This document shows positions 13,118 to 26,274 of a DNA stretch of 64,000 nt, piece after piece. Source of the stretch: Eledone cirrhosa (lineage: Eukaryota); assembly GCA_964016885.1 (NCBI GenBank), contig OZ024755.1, positions 9,982,001 through 10,046,000 of the forward strand. The letters are read 5' to 3'. Numbering within the stretch: position 1 is the stretch's first letter; every line of letters starts with the position of its first letter. A program made the translations under genes and the position numbers. The notes beneath the pieces are model-generated. The model had not been told where the DNA came from. It saw only the letters and a program-made list of their open reading frames with translations, and made no database searches.

Positions 13118-13364
13118 AGCTGATGTTTGGAACATTACAAATATTCTTGCATTAAATCAATATAGAAGGTTTTTAGATAGATATAAATCCATTAAAATAA
13201 GCAGGTTTGTAGAATAGCACCAGGGGTAGGTTTCAGGTAGTTTGGTATCAAAAGGGTTAAACAACTCTGCTGGATCTTTATCTGTTGATTAAACTAGGGT
13301 TGTTTCACCATCAGAGACTCTTTAACTACAAAATTAATCTGCCTTCAACTTTACAGATGTCAGC

Positions 13365-13401
<37 letters not shown>

Positions 13402-13653
13402 ACACACACACATATATACACACACATATATATATGCATATATATTTACACACACTCAATATATATATAATGTATACAACACACACACACACTCACTGGA
13501 GTTCTCATTACTGTAATAAAAATTACACAGATTCAAATCTGTTTAGCAGATACATTTGTTACAATTGGGGAATATATCATCATCATGTTTTTCCCTGCTA
13601 TTAAGGATTGGACAAATATAGATTTGTTTATATATATTTATGCCTCTGTCTGT

Positions 13654-13684
<31 letters not shown>

Positions 13685-13917
13685 GGGGTCAGGACTCCGA
13701 TGGCTGAGCTTTGGTTGTTTCGACAGCTAGATCCGACCCGATCTAACTGTCGAAACTCATCTCGCTGTTGAAACGGCCATAGCTCAGCCATTGGGGTCCT
13801 GACTGTTTTCTTATTACCCACTCTACTACCTTATGTATCGAGTACTCTGTTGTGTTATGGTCCACCTGGTTCCTTACCACACTTTCTTTGTTGTTTGTTT
13901 TATATATATATATATAT

Positions 13918-14172
13918 AAGTGGTCGTGGAGGTGTCATGACAAAAAAGCACCCAGACCACACTGTAAAGTGGATGTGTAGGCACCACGGAAAAGAAGCAC
14001 CCAGCACTCACTGTAAATGAGGTTGGTGTTAGGAAGGGCATCCAGCTGTAGAAATCAAGCCAAAATCAGTTCCTGTATGAGCAAGACAAGGTCAGCCGAC
14101 CTAACATTGCCCACAACCCGTCTAACCCATGCTAGTGTGGAAGAATCAATGTAAAACAGTGATAATGATGAT
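13918..14172 (+). mobile_element. Inverted copy of the 12227-12500 retroposon
   Basis: Near reverse complement over about 250 bp, ending in a GAT-rich tail. Confidence 0.8.
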
Positions 14173-14601
14173 ATATATGTATATATATATGTGTGTGTGT
14201 GATGGCTTATGGCTTTCTGGTTAGGGTGTTTAGCTTATGATTGTCTGATTGTGAGTTTGATTCTTAGTGGCGCATTCTCCCCTTGAACAAGACACTATTT
14301 TGCATTGCTCAAAAGTTCACTCAGCTTTAAAAAATGAGTTAAACCAGTAATTCAAAGGCTCAGCTTTGTTACACAGTCTCATAGTGAATCTCCCTGAGTA
14401 TTATGTTAAGCATAGCTGTGTTTTAGCCACTTGTTAATTCTATGAGTAGACTGTGCCATTCTATTAACAACTGGAACACTCATCGTTATAAACAATGAAG
14501 GTTTAACACATATATGTATGAATATTGTGTGTGTTGTTGATTAATTAGAATCTATGTAACAATTAGTTTTCATTTATATAAATATTCTAAAATATTATCA
14601 T

Positions 14602-14657
<56 letters not shown>

Positions 14658-14993
14658 TCATTATTGTTTTTGTTGTTTGTTGAGTTTCCTGTTTTTGTAT
14701 ATTTTAAATAGAACGGATTAAATTTATAATACTGGCATGTAAATCCACCATACCATGTATATCTATATGTATATATCATGCTATATATATCTATATAGCT
14801 ATCATACCATGTATATCAATATATCTATCATGATATATATATATATATATATCTACCATACTATACATACATATATATATATATCTACCATACTATACAT
14901 ACATATATATATATATCTACCATACTATACATACATATATATATATATCTACCATACTATACATACATATATATATATATATATCTGCCATAC

Positions 14994-15024
<31 letters not shown>

Positions 15025-15035
15025 CATACTATACT

Positions 15036-15119
<84 letters not shown>

Positions 15120-17409
15120 CTATCATGCTATATATATCCATATATCTATCCATCAGGCCATGTATCTATTATGCTATATATATCCATATATCTATCCATC
15201 ATGCCATGTATCTATCATGCTATATATATCCATATATCTATATCTATCCATCATGCTATATATATCCAGGTATCTATCCATCAGGCCATGTATATCTCTG
15301 CTATGTATATCCATCGTGCTATAAGTTCTGGAGAGAAACTAATGTAAAGAATTATGTCTGAAGCCTTTAAGGAATCCATTGCAAGTGTAAAAGAGATAAT
15401 ATAAATTAACTCAGTAGAGTTTCACTAACATTTCTGCAGATTAACATGATAGGGAGAAAGATTTGTTCAAGAAGCAAGTGTTGTGCTGGAAATATCGAAA
15501 AAAAAAAAAGCAAAAAAAAAAAAGCTGTATAATATAAGTTTATCTTCAGAAAACAGATATGGAGCTTGTAGGTTGCAAAAAGATGGTTTCTTTGGTGTTT
15601 GAATATAATCTGAGAGTTTAACGCTTTCTAATGAAAGATATTGCCTATAATTTTCAAGTTATTTTGAAAATAATCAAGAATTTGGAGGGATTTGAGGTTA
15701 ACCAAGGAAGACCGGGTCAGAGGTGGTGAGAGTATCTTCTGCCATCTTGTGAGTTAACTCTTTAGCATTTGCATTACTCTATATTTCCTATTATATTTTC
15801 ACGGTAACGGCTTTACCTCACATAATTATCTCACATGATATCAAATCTATGAGATTTTGATATTATTTATTTTGAGAACACGACCTTAACATCATTATAA
15901 GTTGCCAGTTACAGCCGGTTTGAACAGAAGGAGGTGAGAGAATTTTGTTAATCTATTATTCCCTGTGTAAAGAATTTCCTGTTTTTACAGGCAAAAAACA
16001 CTTCTAGGGGAATTTTTAGATCCTCTTTAGAGTTGAAGGTCTATAAATAAAACTAATTTTCTCATTTTATAAATTTTTAACATGATGCAATCATTTAACT
16101 ATTATGTAGTTTTCAAGAATGTCTTGCTAATGTGTTTTTTGCAGTATAAGGCCATTGGGAGTTATGTGTTTATATTTAACTAAAATCCTCCCATCATAAT
16201 TTTATGTAAGAACATTTGTTAAGTTATGTTCCAAACACCAGCTTAATAATGAGAAAGTTGGTTACATTAGTTATCATTGTTGTTATTATTATGATTAAAC
16301 ATCCACTTTTCCACCTTGCATAATGGGATGGGTCTTATCCAGCATAGCAGCCTCCATTTTATTGTGTTCTTTTGTCATCTTCATGAGGCTCATCATTTTG
16401 TGATTAGTTTTAATCACATGTGTCCTCTACCCTAGCTTCCTTCCTCTGGCATCTCTTAGCATTTTATGATTGTTTTTAATCACGTGTCCAGGTTTTCCTT
16501 GGTATTCCGCTACCCTAGCTTCCTTCCACTGGCATCTCTTAGCACTTCTTCACCCAGTCATCAATCTTCCATACATACAACATGTCTCTTCCATATTCTT
16601 GATTATTTTCAAAATGTTTTGAAACTTATTGGCAGTGTTTTTCATCATAAATGTGATAATGTAAGTTAAAAAGGATTCAAAGATTATATTGAAAGATAGT
16701 AGAAATTTGTTATAAATTGAAAATCCATCAGTTTTCACAAGGAAATCTGAAGTGTGATTGTTTCTGGTTTTATTGGCAATTATCAGATTTATTCAAAAGC
16801 TTAATTATTAGAATGGTGGAGGGGAGGGGACTTCTAAAGAGTTGATAGATGAAAACCCATTCTGCTGGATTCCATTTTGTCTAACATTCTTCTAATTAAA
16901 AATCAAACACTTTTAATGAAAAATATATAAAAATATATTAATTATATCCATTAATTTCAGTAGATAAAGGATCTAGACATTACAGCCTCTATACAGTTAT
17001 GAAACTATTGAGTACTTTGCTTACATAATGTAGTTAAAGTCATTATTCATCTTTGTTTATCTGCTGAGTGTATATCCAGTTTAGAGTAGGGACTCCATAT
17101 CTTTTCATGTTGTATGAGGTGAATAAAAAAATTGGTGCAAGGAAAGACATCCGGCTGCAAAACATTGCTTTAAAAAAGCCCTCATGATGAGTATGAAACC
17201 TGTTATGGGGCCCACATGACTAACCCCTGCTTTAGTAAGGGAAATGACTGTAACCCTGCTATTACCATATCTCTAATGAAAAACACTGCCTATAATTTTC
17301 AAATCATTTTGAAAATAGTCAGTTTTCAATAGTCATTTTGAAAACAGTTTTTTTTATCATAGAAGCAGGTGGTTTAGTATTGTTTATATGAAAAGGGTTA
17401 ACGAGAAAG

Positions 17410-17625
17410 AGACAGGATGTGAGGTCAGTATAGATTTGGTCAAGGTTTTTCATGTACCAATATTAAAGAGAAAGATTAGAGGCTGTAATGGTCTGGTCAG
17501 TATAGGTTTGGTCAAGGCTTCACATGTACCACTGTTAAAAAGAAAGAGACAGAGAATGCAGTGGTTAATAAGACAGGATGTAGTGGTCAGTATAGATTTG
17601 GTCATGGTTTCACATGTACCAATGT
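17410..17625. repeat. Degenerate tandem repeat, 3 units of ~70-90 bp
   Basis: GGTCAGTATAGATTTGGTCAAGGTTT..CATGTACCA three times. Confidence 0.8.
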
Positions 17626-17739
17626 TGAACCTAGTGGACATGTTATGTTTCTAATTATTTCTATATTTTGTTTTATAATTATTAGTATTTTTTCCGCAAG
17701 AGGAGGACACAACTTAATAATTATTTTATTCTCTTTCAG

Positions 17740-17796
17740 GGCCTCTTGACAATGAATTTAGTTATGAACCTCCCGGTAAAAAATCCAGAAGTTTTC
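17740..17796 (+). CDS. HIVEP/shn: Predicted exon A (57 nt, PLDNEFSYEPPGKKSRSF); could be 5'UTR if no upstream in-frame ATG exists
   Basis: Acceptor ttttattctctttcag, donor gtaagt at 17797; phase 1-1 joins in frame to 23101. Confidence 0.6.
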
Positions 17797-19732
17797 GTAA
17801 GTTATTTGCTATGAGCTTAAATTATTTTTATAGATTTAAAAATGTCATACTTTTTGATACTAAGCCACACAAAACCTCCTCAGGTTTTGTGAAACAAAAC
17901 CACCCATTTTAAAGGGTTCCTATTTAGTTTTAAAATCTTCCAGTGTTATTTGATATAAGAACCTTTCGTTAAGTTATGTTACAAATACGATCTTATCTTA
18001 ATAATGAAATAATAACGAACAGGGTGGGTTGTGAGAGTGAAACATAGGACAGAGTGGGTTGTAAGAGTGACATAGAAACCAGATAAAAAGAGGGTGGGAA
18101 ATATTCAGGCAACAACTGCCTCTGTTGACAATAAATGGATTGTCTTTCAATATGAAGAGTCACTTGTGTATGAAGTGTGAAGGTGTGTGGCTTAGTGGTT
18201 AGACTGTTTAGCTCACAATCATAAGGTTGTGAGTTCTATTCTTGGGGGTACATTGTATACTTGAACAAGACGCTTTATTTCATGTTATTCCAGTCCGCTC
18301 TGCTGGTAAGGATGTTGTGCCTGTAATTCATTCAAAGGGTCTGCCTTGCCACACATTTGTATTTCTCCAGCCTTGATAAATCTTTCACATTCAATTCCCA
18401 TGTTACATTACCATCTAGCACTACACTTCATGTAGCATCATAAAGCAATAGCAAGGACAAAAACAAATACAACTTGGTCTTATTTCAAGAATAATTATAA
18501 CATATATTGTTTAATTATACTGAGTTTGTGAAACACCATATTTCTTTGTCACTAGAGCTATAAAACCAGAATAAATTACATCCTTGTGTATAATATAATT
18601 CCAGAGTACAGTGATATCTTTCAGTAAATGTGTACTATGTTATCTCTTAAAATTTCAATCTTGCATATATTTCACTACAGTATTCAGTTTCTCATTAAAG
18701 GATGTGAAACAATGGGTGTTTAGCATTTTGTAAACAATTTTTATCAACACACATTTGTAATCTTGCCATTTGAAATGTGTATTTTTAAGCTCAGTAAAAA
18801 TTTCTGAAAACGTGTACTTATGTATAATATAACCCTCCTCCTTCCTTTTATTTGCCATTAATTTTACTTCAAAACTTCTTGTATTATACACAAGAAAATA
18901 TGGTACTATTTGTTCAACCATTGCTGTTGCTTCTTGTTCTTAGTTAAAAGTATTTTCTTTATTTTTAAAGCTTGTTTAGAAATATTTTTTTTCACTTTAC
19001 TTCTGTCAAAATAAGTTTCTTGGATTATCTCACTATTAAGATAACTTTGCAATGAACTTTCAGCATGTGTTCAAAAATAAATTCTACTCAGTAATATTTA
19101 CATCAGAAGTTCCAGTTAGGGTGGGGTCAGATTTTGGTGAAGATTCCATCTCTGTAAGGAATTTAACTATTTTGATAACCAAACCACTTGAAATTTCCCC
19201 TGGTTCTATCATGGCTGCAATCCATAAAGTGATAGTGCTGGTGTCACAATAAAATGCACCCAGTTACACTCTGTAAATTGTTTATTTTAAAGTGTTTATA
19301 TTTATGTAAAAAATCTTCCATCATAATTTTATTCAAAACTATTTGTTAAGTTATGCTCAAGACACCAGCATAATATTTTGTGAGAAATATTATAATGAAA
19401 GATTTAATGTTTTGGTAAGAATTAAAGTGGGAAGTTTTAAAAGTATCAGAAAGATTGATCATGTTTGTGATACCTTAACATACATGAATGGAAGATAATA
19501 TCAATTAATGAAAAGTTAGATATTCAAAAGTTTCTGTTAAATCAAGCTAAAATGCTATTTTTTAAAACCATTCTAATACTAACTCACCGAAAACTACCAA
19601 CTACCCCTGCTTTTATTATACATAAATGCTTCTTTTAAAGTGTTCACATATATATATATGTCACGGAAACTGGGATAAGCACCAACCTGATGAAACTTTG
19701 GGCTCGAGACAGACTTTAGACCATGTAAGGAA

Positions 19733-20692
19733 GTAGTACTGGTGCCATGACAGAAAGTACTTAGTCTGCACTGTAAGGTGGTAGTACTGGTGTCATGACA
19801 GAAAGTACTTAGTCTGCACTGTAAGGTGGTAGTACTGGTGTCATGACAGAAAGTACTTAGTCTGCACTGTAAGGTGGTAGTACTGGTGCCATGACAGAAA
19901 GTACTTAGTCTGCACTGTAAGGTGGTAGTACTGGTGTCATGACAGAAAGTACTTAGTCTGCACTGTAAGGTGGTAGTACTGGTGCCATGACAGAAAGTAC
20001 TTAGTCTGCACTGTAAGGTGGTAGTACTGGTGCCATGACAGAAAGTACTTAGTCTGCACTGTAAGGTGGTAGTACTGGTGTCATGACAGAAAGTACTTAG
20101 TCTGCACTGTAAGGTGGTAGTACTGGTGCCATGACAGAAAGTACTTAGTCTGCACTGTAAGGTGGTAGTACTGGTGCTATGACAGAAAGTACTTAGTCTG
20201 CACTGTAAGATGGTAATACTGGTGCCATGACAGAAAGTACTTAGTCTGCACTGTAAGGTGGTAGTACTGATGCCATGACAGAAAGTACTTAGTCTGCACT
20301 GTAAGGTGGTAGTACTGGTGCCATGACAGAAAGTACTTAGTCTGCACTGTAAGGTGGTAGTACTGATGCCATGACAGAAAGTACTTAGTCTGCATTGTAA
20401 GGTGGTAGTACTGATGCCATGACAGAAAGTACTTAGTCTGCACTGTAAGGTGGTAGTACTGGTGCCATGACAGAAAGTACTTAGTCTGCACTGTAAGGTG
20501 GTAGTACTGGTGTCATGACAGAAAGTACTTAGTCTGCACTGTAAGGTGGTAGTACTGGTGCCATGACAGAAAGTACTTAGTCTGCACTGTAAGGTGGTAG
20601 TACTGGTGTCATGACAGAAAGTACTTAGTCTGCATTGTAAGGTGGTAGTACTGGTGCCATGACAGAAAGTACTTAGTCTGCACTGTAAGGTG
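19733..20692. repeat. 48-bp minisatellite, 20 near-identical units
   Basis: Unit GTAGTACTGGTGCCATGACAGAAAGTACTTAGTCTGCACTGTAAGGTG; period 48 read directly (19733, 19781 ... 20693). Confidence 0.97.
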
Positions 20693-22573
20693 GTAGTGCT
20701 GGTGCCATGACGGAAAGCACCCAGTCTGCACTGTATGGTGTATTGCTGGTGCCACTACAAAAAACACCCAGTTCACCCTGTAAGGTGGTACTTCTGGTGC
20801 CATGATAAAATGTTTTCAGTACACACAGTAAAGTGGTTGGCATTAGGAGAGGCATCCAGCTGTAGAAAACCAAACTAAAAATGAAGCATATGAGCAAGAT
20901 GGTGTCACCCGACCAGTTTAGCCTCAGTACATGACAGCTCGTTTAACCTATGTAAGCACAGAAGATAGAAGTTAAGCAGTGATGATGATGATGATGATTA
21001 ATTGAAAGCAGTGTCTTTCATTAAAAATATGGTAATGAACGGGTTAATCAAAGTATGAGGTTTTCTAAATACTTTTTTTTATTTTATTCAAATTGTTTCT
21101 TTCAACTATGGTTCAAGGAAAAAATATTAGTTTTAAGATATTTTTATGTTTTTAATTTTTATTGCACATTAGAGTTAATGCACTTTGCATTTGGATCATT
21201 GGTTTTAAAACTCTTCATGTTTATATTAAAAATTTAGCAACATTCTATAAAGTGGTAGAGCTGGTGCCATGCTAAGTTGCTCCCAATACACTCTGTAAAG
21301 TTGTTGACATGACCAATTTTGTTTATGTTTGATATTTGGCATGGTTTCAGAGTTGACTGGCTGCATTTTAGCATGGCATCAGCACTTGTATCATCATCAT
21401 TATGTCATCATCATTATGTCAACTTCTCCAAGCTGTCATGGGTTGAAGGGGATTTTTTGAGGCAATGTTTTACAACCAGATGCTCTTCCTGACACCAAAC
21501 CTTTTAGTCACTTAGTCGCTTATGACATGCAGGGATTCAGTGTACCTATTCTGAATCAGATACACTATTACACACACACACACACACACGTGTGTGGAAA
21601 GTAAATGGATAAACAGCACAGCAAAATGATACAATATCTCTCTCTCTCTCTCTGTGTGAGTTCTCTTTTAGGAAGCTTCACAAAAGCAATGCACAAAATG
21701 TGTGTGTGTGATTTCTATGAGGGAGAATGAAATATTAATGTTAAGAGTTCCTTTTGTAATCTGAATTAAAGTCCTGTGGCTGTTATATTGTATAACATGT
21801 AATTTAATGTTGTTGGTATTTTAAATCATGTAATGTATTGCTCCTTTCCCATCTGTTTAGGAATTTAATCTTGTTTTTATGACACTCCCTTCACCGAAGT
21901 AGATTATCTTGTCTACAGTGTATAGTTTAAAAGGATATGTGTTTAACCTGAGGGCCAGGGCAAATATTTTCTTATTTGTATCCTGTTTTCTTTGCTCTAT
22001 ATATACTTGCCTGCTTATTTATGCAGTTTTAGATCTTGTTTCTTTGGTAAAGCCCTTTAGTAAAGGAATTAGGGCTAATCTCTAAGTTCCTCACATTGCT
22101 CAGAAGATTCAGTTTTTTCCCCAGCACCTTAGGCTAAAATTGTTATTTCGAAGAAATGTGTCAAGAAAGCCTACTTTGTTGAATCTGTACTACTTTTAAC
22201 TGTTAACATCCTGAAACCATATCAGCAAGATATTGTTGAAAAATATACAACTGCACTGTGGCTATGTCACATTAAAATTTATAATTCTGTCCACTATAAA
22301 CATTTGAATTAACAAACCACATCAGCAAGACATTGTTGAAAAGTACAAAACAGTATTGTGACTGTATCTCATTAAAAATTAAAGTCTTTATTCTAATATT
22401 GCAAATGTTCACCATGATCTGCCTTTTAGTAAAGATACTATAAATATTAGGTCATCAGAGGCTCATCAAGCTGTTAGAGGCTCACCAGGCCACCAGAGAC
22501 TGAGCAGTCCAAAGCTTCTGATTCTGTTAGTGTTATGTGACTGAGAGTACAATCTGTTGCAAGAGAGCTTATA

Positions 22574-22684
22574 TAGTATAAATAATGTTTCATACACTTA
22601 TCATGTATGTGCGGTGGCCATAACTGGGCCTTAAAACCAATGGCCGCACATGCATGTTAAGTGTATGAAACATTATTTATACTA
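22574..22684. mobile_element. Small foldback element/MITE with ~40-bp inverted arms
   Basis: tagtataaataatgtttcatacactta.catg.atgtgcgg ... ccgcacatgcatgttaagtgtatgaaacattatttatacta; TA at both ends. Confidence 0.7.
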
Positions 22685-23100
22685 CACACATACACACACG
22701 CACACGCACATATATATATACATCCAGCCTGTAGAAATCAAGCCAGAATCAGTTCCCGTCCCACCCTTGCAAGCAGGGAAAAGTGGACGTAAAATGTTGA
22801 TGATGATGATGATGATACATATATATACATACATTTTGTATTCAGTTAGTTTGTTCTATGTGTACTATCTTTGTCTTTTTTTATGTAGAAGCCTAGTATT
22901 CAGTTTATTTGCTCTCTGTGTACTTTTGTAGTAATTTTTATTTTATAGAAAGTTTATATCTAGTTGGTTTGTTCTGTGTTTACTATATGACATTTTTGTG
23001 TAGAATATTCTTTGTCAGACATCTTTTAATGTGTAGAGTTTTAAACATTTCTCCTATCATTTCGATTTCTTGCTAAGTTTAGTTTTTTTTCTTGATTCAG

Positions 23101-23217
23101 ACTCTACCGACAGTACAGGAAGTTCCACAACTTCCAGTCGGGAAGGTTTACCTGTCCCCAAAATGTCCAGACCTCTCCGAGGAAGTCCAAAAGCTGCCAG
23201 CACTGATGCTACAACAA
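23101..23217 (+). CDS. HIVEP/shn: Predicted exon B (117 nt, STDSTGSS...KMSRPLRGSPK...DATT); contains the first visible in-frame ATG (23163)
   Basis: Acceptor ttttttttcttgattcag, donor gtaatg at 23218; phase 1-1; Ser/Thr-rich open frame. Confidence 0.72.
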
Positions 23218-24785
23218 GTAATGTTTATCGTTTGCTAACCCTGATAGAGTGGTGTTGACAAAACTAACTGAAAATAATTGCTGAAGGATCTTATGTGAAA
23301 GAAAAAAAAAAATATACCTTGTAGAATTTTGGATTGTATAGCATTAGGGATAAGTTTTGTATCATAGAACCTGTTTGGTAGTGAGTTAACTCTTAACAAC
23401 CTGTAATGATTTAGCAGAAAATATCAAATAATGTTAATTTAAATGTTTATAATATCTTTTCTGAAGGACAGATTGTTGTAAACATTTGCAGTATTAGAGT
23501 AAAAACTTAACTTTAATTTTTAATGTGATGCAGTCATAGTGTTGTTTTATACTTTTCAAGAATGTCTTTTTAATGTGGTTTGTTAATTTAAATGTTTATA
23601 GATTGTTGTGGAGATTTGCAGTATTAGCATAAAGACTTCAATTTTTAATGTGATGCTGTTACAGTGATGTTTTTTTACTTTACAAGAATGTTTTGCTAAT
23701 GTGGTTTCATATGGTTTGTTAATTCAAATGTTTAGAGTATTTTTACGAGTGGACAGATTGTTGTCAACATTTGCAGCATTAGCATAAAGACTCTAATTTT
23801 TTTATGTGATGCAGTTATTGTGCTATTTTTTTTTGTTTTGTTTTCCATTTACAAAAATGTCTTGCTAATGTGGTTTCATGTGGTACAGAGTATTAAGGAT
23901 TAAGGTGTTTTGATACAGTTTCATATTAAAGTAAAGTAAAGAGCACTGTAGAAGCTGCAATCATTTGTCCATGTTTAGAACAAATAAACCAGTGAAAATC
24001 AGATTGGAATGGAAACATAGTTGCTATTTACTAAGATATGGAGAGGTTGATGATGGAAGAAAATATCTGATTGGAAAGCTCCCTCCCAAACCAAGCAGGA
24101 CTAATCAATATTATCAACATTAAAGGACATCATCATCATCACCGATTAACGTCTATTTTTCCATGCTTGCATGGGTTAGATGGATTGCCTACACCACGAG
24201 ACAAGTTGTGTGAGTTGTATATAATTGGCCAATTTATCACCTTAATGGGACACAGTCCAGCTGTACAGTACATATATCAAGTACTTGTTATCCCTGTTGG
24301 TGACTGAGAACTACTGATGCCCTAATGATCATGCAAATTTGTCACCTTAATGGTACACTCTTCAGGTGTATACACATCAAGTGCTTGCTACCTCTGTTGA
24401 TAACGAAGAGCTGTTTCTCCCAATTTAGAATTAAATAGATTAATGAAGCAAGAATTAACTTAGTGCTGGTGCCTCGATAAAATGCACTCAGTATATTCTG
24501 GTGTTTGGAAAATAACACAACAAAGGTTCTTACATAGAATTATGATGGAAAGTTTTTTTTTTTAGATAAATATAAACACTTTTGTATCTTGGGCAGTTTT
24601 GTGTGGTTTGATATCAAAAGGATTAATCATTGATATACAATCTATAAGATATCAATATGCAAACTTAGAGCCTGTTATTTTTTTGTTTTATTTGGTGTCT
24701 TTCAATATTGAATTTCTATTTCAGTTTTAATTTATTGTTTTAGTCAATATATTGATTTTTTCTTTTTTCCTGCATTTTCTTTTAG

Positions 24786-25196
24786 TTACACCTAAATCTG
24801 ATATCAGGAGAGCTCAGTTTAAAGGGAGCAAATCAATGCCTCCTATTGATAGCTCATCTCCAGGACCGATCACTGAACCTATTAAAGATGCTGAGGAGAG
24901 TCCGTTTCTTACATCCATGTTATCTTCATCTACTGACAGGCCAGTCGACTCATACAACTTGCCTCTAAAGTATCTTCTTCAAGTGACTGATTCCGAGTTA
25001 CAGAATATGTCACGTCAGCTGTCATCTAGTCAGAAAGTGTCAGTAAGTGGTGATGGCACAACAACCATCGCTCAGCTTGTTTTGTGTCCTGTATCTTCAG
25101 GCCAATCAAATGTGCTGCAAGATATTATCAAGATTCCTGCTTCTGAGAAAGAGATAGAAAAGTTTCAAATAAAATCTGATACCATTGAATCACAAG
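24786..25196 (+). CDS. HIVEP/shn: Predicted exon C (411 nt)
   Basis: Acceptor cattttcttttag, donor gtactg at 25197; lies in ORF 24752-25237; phase 1-1. Confidence 0.82.
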
Positions 25197-25450
25197 GTAC
25201 TGTCAGTTTTTATATACACACACTTATTATATATTAATTTCATTTTAGGCATATCTTTATAAAAAACAACCATCACCACAACCTCTAAAACCACCAAAAC
25301 CACTACCACCCCCATCATCACCACCACCACCACTATTTAACATCTATTTTCCATGCTGGCATGGGTTAGATGGGTTGTCATGTTCTGAGAATCAACAGGT
25401 CAGATGGGCATGCCTGCAGCCTTTTTTTGTTGAACTGCTAAGTTATACGA

Positions 25451-25911
<461 letters not shown>

Positions 25912-25939
25912 CTTCTGCTGTTTCCATCAATCAGAAGAC

Positions 25940-26056
25940 AATGTCCAACATTGAGCTACAATAGAAGACACTTGTCCAAGGTACCACAGAGTGGGACTGA
26001 ACCCTGAAACTATGAGGTTGAGAAGTCAACTCCTTAATTAAACAGCCGTGTCTGCT
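25940..26056 (-). mobile_element. CORE-like SINE head fragment
   Basis: Minus strand reads GGTTCAGTCCCACTCTGTGGTACCTTGGACAAGTGTCTTCTATTGTAGC, a tRNA B-box plus a CORE-like CCTTGG.CAAGT motif. Confidence 0.6.
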
Positions 26057-26274
26057 TACAAGACAGAATTTGTTTTTCATACTCTTATAGTAGTATTTGT
26101 AACACATTAATATTTTGTGTGTGTGTGTGTCTTTGTGCTTGTGTGTCTTTGTCTTTGTGTGTGTATCTGTGTTGTGGTGGCTAATCATTTACTGATTGGC
26201 TACATAATCACTGCTTTCTTTCTTTGATTTTGAGATTTTTTTTCTTTAACTACAACAATTTTTTTACACTTTAG

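Noticed and set aside
19686-19720. Hammerhead from CTGATGA..GAGAC
   Set aside because: No GAAA core or stems; looks like a LINE/SINE 3' tail.
19733-20692. CRISPR-like array, or repeat-protein ORFs (QTKYFLSWHQYYHLTV)n
   Set aside because: Head-to-tail units with no unique spacers and no cas genes; the ORFs arise because the 48-bp unit is a multiple of 3.
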